A stretch of 64,000 nucleotides of DNA from the NCBI GenBank assembly GCA_963705485.1, contig CAVPJT010000004.1, positions 16,200 through 80,199 on the forward strand. Reading direction: 5' to 3'. Of the stretch, positions 54,911 through 63,585 are shown piece after piece. A model generated the notes under the pieces. It was not told the DNA's origin. It did not search any database and worked only from the letters and a program-made list of their open reading frames with translations. Origin of the DNA: Ilumatobacteraceae bacterium. GTDB lineage: Bacteria; Actinomycetota; Acidimicrobiia; Acidimicrobiales; Ilumatobacteraceae. Made by a program: the position numbers and the translations under genes. Position 1 is the stretch's first letter, and each line of letters starts with the position of its first letter.

Positions 54911-55478
54911 CTAGGTGGGTGGCGCTGGTGGGGATGATGAACTGGGCGGTGGGGCCGGCGGCGGCGCACCGGGTGGGGCGACTGGTGGGGTGGTCGGCGG
55001 CACGACGTCGGTCGACTGGACGATGACCTTGGTGCCGCTGACGGCGACGATGCGGACGTGGGTGCCTTGCGGGAGTGGCTGACCGTTCTCGGAAGTGGCG
55101 CCCCATATCTCGCCGTGGGCGGTGACGCGACCGCGGCGGTCGGTGTCGTCGGGGTCGATGGCCGAGGTGACGATGCCGGTGAGGCCGATCAGGCGATCGG
55201 CGCCGACACCGGGTTGGAGTTCGTTCTGGCCGGCGAATCGTCTTCGCGTATCGGTAGAGCAGGATCCAGATCACGGCACCGCCGCCGAGGAACATGAGCC
55301 ATTGGATCTCGATGGCGACGTCGTAGAAGCCGAGCAACGCGGCGCCGAGAGCCGACACGGCGAAGGGGAGCAGCACGAACGAACCGGCGAGCACGGTGAG
55401 TTCGATCAGGGCGAAGAACACGGCGATGCCGAGCCACACCCATGGCCAGAGGTTCAGGTCGATCCCGAGATCCAGCAC
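54911..55478 (-). pseudogene. NfeD family protein, 1 frame switch (~55240)
   Basis: The TM N-terminus is MLDLGIDLNLWPWVWLGIAVFFALIELTV..ILLYRYAKT. After the switch the OB-fold C-terminus reads FAGQNELQPGVGADRLIGLTGIVTSAIDPDD..GRVTAHGEIWGATSENGQPLPQGTHVRIVAVSGTKVIVQ. Confidence 0.75.
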
Positions 55479-55496
55479 CCTTCCAACCTATCCCAC

Positions 55497-55552
55497 CCCG
55501 TTTGTGTTGCACTTCGGGCGACCCGTCCCATCGAAATCGTCACGCAAACGTG
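55497..55552. repeat. hairpin repeat family HR-A, copy 3
   Basis: CCCCGTTTGTGTTGCACTTCGGGC-GACCCGTCCCA-TCGAAATCGTCACGCAAACGTG. The arms match copy 1 best when reverse-complemented. The loop is identical to copy 1 in the direct orientation. Confidence 0.8.
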
Positions 55553-55557
55553 ATTCG

Positions 55558-55613
55558 ACCGTTTGTGTTGCACTTCGGGTGGGCCGTCTCACCGAAACCG
55601 TCACGCAAACGTG
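55558..55613. repeat. hairpin repeat family HR-A, copy 4 (tandem with copy 3)
   Basis: ACCGTTTGTGTTGCACTTCGGGT-GGGCCGTCTCA-CCGAAACCGTCACGCAAACGTGG. Confidence 0.8.
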
Positions 55614-55620
55614 GTTGGGG

Positions 55621-57203
55621 TCAGTCGAGGTCGGCGGTGGAGGTGGTGGCGGGCCGGATGCGCAGGGGTTGGTCGGAGGCGGTCTTGTTGCGACCGGTCT
55701 CGAGGTCGAACCGCCAACCGTGGAGGGTGCACACGAAGTCACAGCCGTCGATCTCACCGAACGCAGCGAGGTCGGCGTTGCGATGCGGACACCGACGCTG
55801 CACCAGGTAGTCGCCGATGCGGATGTCGTCCTCGTCGAGGTGTTCGAGCACGTCGACCGGCGTGAGTTTGCGGATGACTTCGGCCTCGGCACGGCGCATG
55901 CGCTCGCGCGACAGCGACTTCAAGAAGTTGTAGACGTACTCGTTGAACTCGCCCTCGCGCCACGCCGTGAAGCGGCACGACAGCAGCAGCGAGTTGCTCC
56001 AGTCGACGGCTCGCTGCGGCGACGACGGTCTCGACGAGCTCACGCGGGATGTCGAATCGGAACGAGAAGGGCTCGTCGGCGTGGCGGCGGACCTCGCCAG
56101 CAGCAAAGTCGACGAGGATCGGCAGGTCGCCCGCATTGATCAGGACATTGCCACCCACCTGGGAACGCAACGTCGGCGCCATGTCGAGCAGCGGCTCCCA
56201 CCAGCCGCGAAGCGTGGCGAGCAGGTCGGTGCTCGGGGGATTCCACGATGCTTTCAGGTCGTCGAGCCACGGCATCCAGTCGGCTTGGTACGTCTCGAGG
56301 TACGTACGCTTGTCGGCGAAGATCGCGTCGACGTCGGCGACCGGCATCGGGTGGGTCACCTCGATCGAGTCGGGTCCGATGTCGATCGTCGTGCCGGGGA
56401 TGTTCATCACCCCGCTGCCGACCGGCGTCGGCGAGGCGTCGGAGGAACTGGGTCTGGTCGGGGAAGATGCTCAGCTCGTCACCGTCGATCATGTTGAGCG
56501 CGAACAGGTCCGGATCGAGGAACGCAGGTGGACCGGCACTCGGCACGACGTAGCGCGCATCGATGTTCTCCACGTACCGCATCGCTCGGGCGAACTGGGC
56601 GCCGACCTTCGCCTCACAGAGTTGGCGCTTGTCGCTGTCGGGCATGTCGTACACCATCGGGTACCAGATCGCCCCCGAGAACTGCAGCCAGTGCAGATCA
56701 ACCGGGCCGTGGGCACGCAGCTGGGCGAGGTCGTTGGTGCGGCAGTCGTTCTGGTTGACGAGGATCGACGTGCCATCGGAGACGACCAGCGCCGAGTCGC
56801 CGCCGGGGCCATCGGTGATCGAGGTCTCGACGTGGATCGCCACGGTGAGACCGGGAGCGATCTCCATCTCCTCGGTGTCGACCGTGCGGACGAACTCGGT
56901 GAAGCCGAGCGCTTGGAGGGTTCGCTGCTGCTCGCGGGTCGGGAATCCGGGCAAGAGGATCGGGATGTCGCGGCGCAGGTGTTCGCGCAACCAGGGCTCG
57001 TCGTGGTGGTCGCCGTGGAGGTGCGAGATGTAGAGGAAGTCGGCGTTTTCGATGCGCCCGCGGAGGTCGTCGGTCAACTGGTCGTTGCGGGGGAAGACGA
57101 ACCATGACCCGAAGAATGCGGGCACGAACCAGGGGTCGCACACGATCGATCCCGCATCGGTTTCGATGAGCATGCCGGCGTGGCCGATGGAGGTGGCGCG
57201 CAT
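55621..57203 (-). pseudogene. MBL-fold metallo-hydrolase fused to a C-terminal Rieske [2Fe-2S] domain, 2 frame switches (~56410 and ~56010)
   Basis: The N-terminus is IGHAGMLIETDAGSIVCDPW..LYISHLHGDHHD. The middle is MNIPGTTIDIGPDSIEVTHP..DWMPWLDDLKASW. The C-terminus is YLVQRRCPHRNADLAAFGEIDGCDFVCTLHGWRFDLETG. Confidence 0.75.
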
Positions 57204-57300
57204 CGGCTCAGGGTACGTCGGTCAGGCGGTTCGGTCGCAGCAACTGTTCAGCGGACATGCAACCGAACGGGGTCGTTGACCCCTCGGTTTCGCTGGCTCG

Positions 57301-57951
57301 TCAGGCGACCGGAGGATCGGTGAACTGCTGGCCGGCTCGAGAGACGTGCTCGGTCCAGGCCGCTCCGTCCCAGTAGCGCAACTCGAATCGGCCCGACGGG
57401 TCGGCATACCAACCGGCCGGGACTGCCGAATCGGCAGCTGGAGCGGTTTCGGCGGCCGGCTCGGCGGCAACGGGCTCCTCGACAGCGGCTGGCTCGGGCT
57501 CGCTCACCTGTGCTGCGAGGTCGGCGATCGACGCTTCTTCGGCGGCCGGCTCGACCGGGGCCTCGGTGGTCGGCTCATCGGGCGCTGTGGCCCACCCGGC
57601 GGGCTCCTCGACCGGAGCCGGTGTCTCCTCGACGACGGCAGCTGCTGCGGCCGGGACGAACGGAGCGGCCGCAGCCGGCTCGTCGACCGCAGGCGTCTCC
57701 TCGGCAGGCGTCTCCTCGGCGGGTGCTTCGTCGGCGGGTGCTTCGTCGGCCGCTGGCTCCTCGGCCGGTGCCGCCTCGACCGCAGTGTCGACGGCGGTCC
57801 CGTCGGCCTCACGCTGGAGGTAGGCGACGATGTTGGTGCCGGCAGCCACGATCGAGACGACCGACCAGCCATCGGCGGCCTTCTCGTTGAGCAGCGGTGC
57901 CAGTGATTCGGCGTCGTAGGACGAAGCGGTGACCGAAGTGAACTCCTGCAT
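57301..57951 (-). CDS. DUF4177-like N-terminus + A/E/P-rich linker + DUF2510 C-terminus protein
   Basis: LAPLLNEKAADGWSVVSIVAAGTNIVAYLQRE, a low-complexity AEEPAADEAPADEAPAEETPAEETPA linker, and a C-terminal GWYADPSGRFELRYWDGAAWTEHV. Confidence 0.65.
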   Translation of the reverse strand: MQEFTSVTASSYDAESLAPLLNEKAADGWSVVSIVAAGTNIVAYLQREADGTAVDTAVEAAPAEEPAADEAPADEAPAEETPAEETPAVDEPAAAAPFVPAAAAAVVEETPAPVEEPAGWATAPDEPTTEAPVEPAAEEASIADLAAQVSEPEPAAVEEPVAAEPAAETAPAADSAVPAGWYADPSGRFELRYWDGAAWTEHVSRAGQQFTDPPVA

Positions 57952-58011
57952 GGCCGCGATGCTAGACGACGAATTGCCTGGTTGAGGCTCTCTTGAAGGA
58001 ACTCTTGACGG

Positions 58012-58869
58012 TCACTCGCGATCCTGGCGGACACCCTCGGTGAGCGCAGCCAGGTCGGCAGCCGTCGGATCGCCGTCGTAGGTCACCTCGCCGCTGCTCA
58101 ACGCGATCAGTCGGCTGCTCTCTTTCACGCTCGAGAGCTCATGGGTGGCAACGACCAGCGTGGCGCCGTCGCCGTGCGCGAGCGTGAGCAACTCGAGCAG
58201 GGCTTCGCGGCCCAGCCGGTCGAGCCCGACGAACGGCTCGTCGATCAGCATCACGTCGAACGGGCGGACGAAGGCCATGGTGAGCGCCGCCTTCTGCTTG
58301 AGGCCGCGGCTGAACGTCGTCGGCAGGTCGTCGACCCGGTCCATCAGACCCACCATGTCGACGAGGTCGACCGCCTGCTGCTCCCAGTCGTCGGTGCCGT
58401 GCAGCCGGGCGATGTATTCGAGGTGTTCCCACACGGTGAGGTCGTCGTAGAACACGGGTTGATCGGCGAGGTACGACACGGCGGCGCGGGCCTCGATCGA
58501 TCCGATCGGATGACCGGAGATCGTGGCGGTGCCCTCGGTCGGTTCGAGCATGCCGACCAGCATTCGCATCAACGTGGTCTTGCCGCTGCCGTTGTGGCCG
58601 ATCAACGAGATGCGCTCACCCGACCCGATGCGCAGGTCGAGCGGCCACAGGGCGGGCGCATCGCCGTAGCGCTTGGACAACCCGATGGTCTCGATCGCGG
58701 CGGGAGGCCCTGCTGGTCGCCCCGATCGTGCAGCGGGCTCGGGCTTCGAGGTCGTCTTCGACTGGGGCGATGCAGCTCCACTCTTCTTCGCACCGGTTGC
58801 CGCGGACTTGCCGGACTGCTTTGCGCGACTGCGCTGCGATTGTGGCCGGTTCGATCGTGAGTTGCTCAT
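58012..58869 (-). CDS. ABC transporter ATP-binding protein with a basic Ser/Lys-rich N-terminal extension
   Basis: LIGHNGSGKTTLMRML, FSRGLKQKAALTMAF and VMLIDEPFVGLD. The ATG overlaps the upstream stop (ATGA at 58866-58869). Confidence 0.85.
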   Translation of the reverse strand: MSNSRSNRPQSQRSRAKQSGKSAATGAKKSGAASPQSKTTSKPEPAARSGRPAGPPAAIETIGLSKRYGDAPALWPLDLRIGSGERISLIGHNGSGKTTLMRMLVGMLEPTEGTATISGHPIGSIEARAAVSYLADQPVFYDDLTVWEHLEYIARLHGTDDWEQQAVDLVDMVGLMDRVDDLPTTFSRGLKQKAALTMAFVRPFDVMLIDEPFVGLDRLGREALLELLTLAHGDGATLVVATHELSSVKESSRLIALSSGEVTYDGDPTAADLAALTEGVRQDRE

Positions 58870-60618
58870 GCGGTGGCGGCTCGCCCTTCTTCGAAGAATG
58901 CTCGGACCTTGGCGCCCCATGGGTCGCGGCGTCGCACCCAGAGCACCACGATCGCGATGAACAGTGTCAATGCGACCAGTGAGCGACCGACGCTTGCGGC
59001 GTCGTCGGCGAAGCGGGCGACGAACACGGGAATCGTGCCGACACCGCTGATGATGACGGGCAGCAGTGTGCGCAACGCCGTGCTGAATCCGGCGAACTCG
59101 GGTGGCACGAAGCTCGTCTCCGCGTCGCGGGGGGTGCCCATCAGTGTGGTGGGCGATGGGGTGGTGGGCGCGTCGAGCATGGTGACGACCACCGGACCCA
59201 TCGCGCCGGCCCACACCATCGGAATGGCAACGGCGAATGTCAGCGGGCCGAGGTCGGGATCGACCAGGAATGCCGTCGCGGCACCGATGATGCCGACCGC
59301 TACGAGCAGCACCGATGGCGCCATGAGGTGGTGCGCATAGATCCATCCACGTTCGATCGGGATGCCGTCGGTGAGGTCGGGGCGGTCGATCTCTTGCGAC
59401 AGCGGTTCGAGCGACTCGAGACCCGCGAAGAACAGTGCACCGAGCAGCAGCAATCCGAACATCGGCGACGACGACACCGTCAGTGCCGCGCCGACACCGC
59501 CGATCGCCGCGAGCAGGCCGATACGGAAGCATCTGGCGGCCGGCAATCGCCGCAGCGATCGGCTGTCGCGTCGCCAGACGACGAGCGCTGACGGACTGAC
59601 CCCCTCGCCGTTGGTGGCAGTCGTCGATGGCGTGCGTCCACGAGCCGACCCGGTGGCAGCAGGTCGGGCGGGCTGGTGCCGCTGCCCCCACGGTCGGGTG
59701 CGCAACATCTCCGATCGCAATTGCCGCCGCAACTGCACGACGGTGCGGAGATCTTGCACGGTGGCTGCGAACCGGAGTTGTGACACCAGTTCACCGCGCC
59801 GTGCCAGTGCCTCGACGCGGAGTCGCCCACCGAGGGCGAGCGCCGCAGCCGTCATCGCGAGGGCGACCACGATGGCGATCACGTCGATCGATCGCTGGCT
59901 GATGCCCCACAGCGCCAGCCGGCCGGCGAGATTTCCGGGAGCCACACGTGCCAGTCCGGTCGTCTCGCCGTTCCAGATTCCCCAGGCCACCGCCCCCTGC
60001 CAGGCGAGCACCGCCGCGGCGAGTGTCGTGGCGAGCCACCGGGGCACCCGAAGTGTGTGAGCGATGACGGCGGTGGCGATGAAGGTGACGCCGACGATGG
60101 CTCCGAACGCGCCGCAGGCTGCTGCCCAGGCCGTGCGAGAGCCTTCGACCTCGGTGGCGACCAACTGGCCGAGGACCGCACCGCCGAGGCCGAGCGCAAA
60201 CGCTGCAGCACGGAGACGCTGAGCCACGGGTCGCAACATCACCGAACGGCGCGAGATCGGCGACAGCAGCACGTGGCGGATGTCGGCGACTTCGATCGCC
60301 ACCGGTCCGCCGTCGGCGCCGCTGCGGACACCGAGCGCGAAGGCGGCGGCCACGAGCAGCCCGATGATCGACGGGCCCCGTTCGAGCAGGTCAGCGGTGT
60401 CGATGCCGTCGCCGATCGCCCCGTCGACGGCGTCGGACACCCAGACCACGAGCGTCAGGCCGACGAGGGCGAACAGGTAGCACGCGGTAGGCGATGTCGT
60501 ACCAGTCGGCGTCGCCGAGGCGTCGCCGTTGGCGGGTCTTGCGGAGCTCGTTGAGGGTGGCCTTCGACGTTCGCTGGTCGGGTACCACTGCGGGCTCCGC
60601 GAACGCGTCTGACGACAT
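58866..60618 (-). pseudogene. large polytopic membrane protein partnered with the ABC ATPase (putative permease), 1 frame switch (~60490)
   Basis: MSSDAFAEP..LNELRKTRQRRRLGDADWYDIAY / TACYLFALVGLTLVVW... followed by at least 10 hydrophobic segments. I cannot assign a family from memory with confidence. Confidence 0.6.
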
Positions 60619-60657
60619 CGCCGAAAGAACGTACTGCCGTCGTTGCATACTTGTGCA

Positions 60658-61245
60658 GTGGACACCGAAACAGCCCAACTGTTCGTCGGGCTGCTGACGA
60701 TCGCTGCTGGCATCGGCGCGGTCTCGTTGGTCGTGTTGCGAGTACTCGCGGCGACCGGCAACGAAGGTGCGAGCCGATTGGGTTCAGCCATCAGCGACTC
60801 GGCGGTGTGGCTGGCGTTCCTCGTGGCCCTCGGGGCCACACTCGGCAGCCTCTACTTCTCCGAGGTGGCCAATTTCACGCCCTGCCGTCTCTGCTGGTTC
60901 CAACGAATCGCGATGTATCCGCTGACCGTGATCCTGCTCGTCGGTGGGCTGAGGAAGGACCCGAACGTGCGCTGGTACGCAGCGCCACTCGCCGCCGTCG
61001 GCGTGGCGATCTCCGGTTGGCACAGCCTGATCGAATGGCGACCGGCGCTCGACAACGGGGCCTGCGAGTTCCAGGGCCCGTCGTGCACGTTCATCTGGTT
61101 CCGTGAGTTCGGCCTGAGCCTTGCGAACATGGCGTTGATCGGCTTTCTCACCATCCTCATACTGTTGCTCGTCCGCTTCCCCGCCAGACTGGTTACACCA
61201 GCTGACACCTCGACGTCCGAGCCCGAAATGGAGCCCTCCTCGTGA
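60658..61245 (+). CDS. disulfide bond formation protein B (DsbB/BdbC family)
   Basis: Four TM helices, a CRLC pair after TM1 (FTPCRLCWFQRIAMYP) and a second Cys pair (GACEFQGPSC). The alternative start is 60643. Confidence 0.7.
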   Translation: MDTETAQLFVGLLTIAAGIGAVSLVVLRVLAATGNEGASRLGSAISDSAVWLAFLVALGATLGSLYFSEVANFTPCRLCWFQRIAMYPLTVILLVGGLRKDPNVRWYAAPLAAVGVAISGWHSLIEWRPALDNGACEFQGPSCTFIWFREFGLSLANMALIGFLTILILLLVRFPARLVTPADTSTSEPEMEPSS

Positions 61246-61922
61246 AGAACCGCACCGTGATCATCGTCGTCGGAGTGATCGTGCTCGTCCTCGGGCTTGC
61301 TGGCGCTGCCGTGCTTCTGACCGGCGGCGACGACGAGAGCTCCGGTGGTGTTCTCGCTCCGGGCGAGACCACGCGTCCCACCTATGGCCCTGATGTGCAG
61401 CAGAATCGCCCGGTCGACGTGACTGGCGATCCGCTTCCCGGCCTCGACGCGGTCGTCGATGTCGATCCCGCCCTCGGACTGGCGATGCCGGTGGTCGAGG
61501 GCGCCACGTTCGATGGCAACCCGGTCACGGTCGGCGGCTCCTCAGACGGCGCCACCCTGTACGTGTTCCTGGCCCACTGGTGCCCGCACTGCAACGACGA
61601 GATCCCCGAGCTGATCGAGCTGAACAACCGCGCCGGACTCCCAGATGGGATGAATGTCGTCGGGATCAGCACCGGGGTCGACAGCACCGGCCCGAACTAC
61701 CCGCCGTCGGAGTGGGTCGTCGACAAGGACTGGCCGGCGCAGTGGCCGATGATGGCCGACAGCGTCGAGTCGACGAGCTTCCTGGTCAACGGCGGTGCCG
61801 GCTTCCCGTATCTGGTGATCGCCGACGCCGATGGCACTGTGCTCGACCGGGCGAGTGGCACCAAGTCGGCCGAACAGCTCGCCGCCTGGATCCAGGCCGT
61901 TCTCGACACCAGCGGCGCCTGA
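61242..61922 (+). CDS. membrane-anchored TlpA/ResA-like thiol:disulfide oxidoreductase
   Basis: An N-terminal TM helix and the thioredoxin motif LYVFLAHWCPHCNDEIPEL. The GTG start overlaps the dsbB stop (GTGA). Confidence 0.8.
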   Translation: MKNRTVIIVVGVIVLVLGLAGAAVLLTGGDDESSGGVLAPGETTRPTYGPDVQQNRPVDVTGDPLPGLDAVVDVDPALGLAMPVVEGATFDGNPVTVGGSSDGATLYVFLAHWCPHCNDEIPELIELNNRAGLPDGMNVVGISTGVDSTGPNYPPSEWVVDKDWPAQWPMMADSVESTSFLVNGGAGFPYLVIADADGTVLDRASGTKSAEQLAAWIQAVLDTSGA

Positions 61923-61962
61923 CGACCGGAGTCCCCCGACCCCAGGTCTCCGGGGACCACGA

Positions 61963-63573
61963 TCACTCCCAGGCGGTCGGAAGGGTGGTGTGGTCGCTGA
62001 CGGCGCAGTCGTCGCCGAACACCACGAACCGGTCGAAGCCGCGCAGGAACCAGCGGTCGTGGGTGACCGCCACCACGGTGCCGTCGAACTGGGCGAGGCC
62101 GTGTTCGAGCGCCTCGGCTGACATCAGGTCGAGGTTGTCCGTCGGTTCGTCGAGCAGCAGCAGGGTGGCACCGGACAACTCCAACAGCAGGATCTGGAAG
62201 CGGGCCTGCTGGCCGCCCGACAGCGTCTCGAACGTCTGCTGTGCGTTGCCATGGAGTTCGTAGCGTCGCAGCATCCCCATCGCCGGACCGAGCACGACGT
62301 CGTGGTCGTACAAGACGTCGACGAGCGCACGGCCGTGCCACTCGGGGTGCTCGTGGGTCTGATGGAACAGGCCGGGTGCGACGCCCGCCCCGAGGCGGCA
62401 GACGCCGTCGTACGCGACACGGTCGTCGTGCGGATCACCGGAACGGCCATCGTTGGTCAACTGATCGAGCAGCCGCAGGAAGTGGCTCTTGCCGACGCCG
62501 TTGCCGCCGAGCACGGCGACACGTTCGCCGTACCAGAGTTCGAGATCGAACGGATCGGTGAGCCCGTCGATCTCCAACGACTCACAGATCACCGCACGCT
62601 TGCCCGTGCGGGCCCCGCGTAGACGTACGTCGATCTGCTGATCGCGTACCTCCGGAGGACGGTCGTGCTTCTCCACGAAGTGGCGCAGCTTCGTCTCGGC
62701 CGCCTTCAGCTTGGGTGCGAAGGCCTCGCTGATCTTCGCCCGTTCACGCATCAGCTTCACGTAGTCCTCGAGGCGCTGACGTTCGTCGTCGTAGAGGGCT
62801 CGATCACGGTCGCGCTTGTCGTGCTCGCGCTCCTTCGCCTCGTTGTACGTGGCGAAGGAGCCACCGTGGGTCCACGCGCCCCAGGCTTCGACGGTGACGA
62901 TCTTGCCGGCCGTTGCGGCGAGCAGTTCGCGGTCGTGACTGATGAACAACACGGTCTTGCGTGTGTCGTTGAGCTGGCCCTCGAGCCAGCGCTTCGCTGG
63001 CACGTCGAGGAAGTTGTCGGGCTCGTCGAGCACCAGGATGTCGAACTCGCTCCGCAGGAGGGTCTCGAGTGCCAGCCGTTTCTGTTCGCCGCCGCTCAGC
63101 GTGCGCAAGGGCCTGTCACGCACCTCGGTGAAGCTCTCGCCGAAGGCTCGGGTGACGCACTCGTTCCACGCCACCTCGAGGTCGTAGCCGCCGGCGTCGC
63201 CCCAGCGTGCCAGTGCGTCCGCATAGTCCATCGGGGCGTCGCCGAGACGTTGCTCCGCGGCTGTCAAGCGGTCGGCGGCCTCTCGAAGGCGCGTCGGAGC
63301 CAATGACAACAGGAGTTCGTGGACGGTGGTTGCGGGATGATCGGCGGTGCCGACCAGTTGGTGCATCACGCCGATCTGCCCGTCGACGCTGATCGTGCCG
63401 TCGCTGGCGGCCAGGTCACCGGTGATCAGCTTGAGCAGCGTCGACTTGCCGACTCCGTTGGCCCCGACGATCGCCACGCGGTCGCCGTCACCGACCCGGA
63501 ATCCGACATCGCGGAACAGTTCGTCGCCGCCGGGCAGCTGCCAGGCGAGTCTGCTGACAGCGATCGACCCCAT
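61963..63573 (-). CDS. ABC-F family ATPase (two nucleotide-binding domains, no TM domain)
   Basis: The two Walker A motifs are VGANGVGKSTLL and LGGNGVGKSHFL. The two signature motifs are LSGGEQKRLAL and LSGGQQARFQIL. A charged linker is present. Confidence 0.9.
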   Translation of the reverse strand: MGSIAVSRLAWQLPGGDELFRDVGFRVGDGDRVAIVGANGVGKSTLLKLITGDLAASDGTISVDGQIGVMHQLVGTADHPATTVHELLLSLAPTRLREAADRLTAAEQRLGDAPMDYADALARWGDAGGYDLEVAWNECVTRAFGESFTEVRDRPLRTLSGGEQKRLALETLLRSEFDILVLDEPDNFLDVPAKRWLEGQLNDTRKTVLFISHDRELLAATAGKIVTVEAWGAWTHGGSFATYNEAKEREHDKRDRDRALYDDERQRLEDYVKLMRERAKISEAFAPKLKAAETKLRHFVEKHDRPPEVRDQQIDVRLRGARTGKRAVICESLEIDGLTDPFDLELWYGERVAVLGGNGVGKSHFLRLLDQLTNDGRSGDPHDDRVAYDGVCRLGAGVAPGLFHQTHEHPEWHGRALVDVLYDHDVVLGPAMGMLRRYELHGNAQQTFETLSGGQQARFQILLLELSGATLLLLDEPTDNLDLMSAEALEHGLAQFDGTVVAVTHDRWFLRGFDRFVVFGDDCAVSDHTTLPTAWE

Positions 63574-63585
63574 GAAGGGGCGAGC

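Noticed and set aside
61923-61962. Terminator between the tlpA-like gene and the ABC-F gene
   Set aside because: Only competing 6-bp pairings are available (CCGGAG/CTCCGG and GTCCCC/GGGGAC) and there is no T-tract. That is too weak to call.
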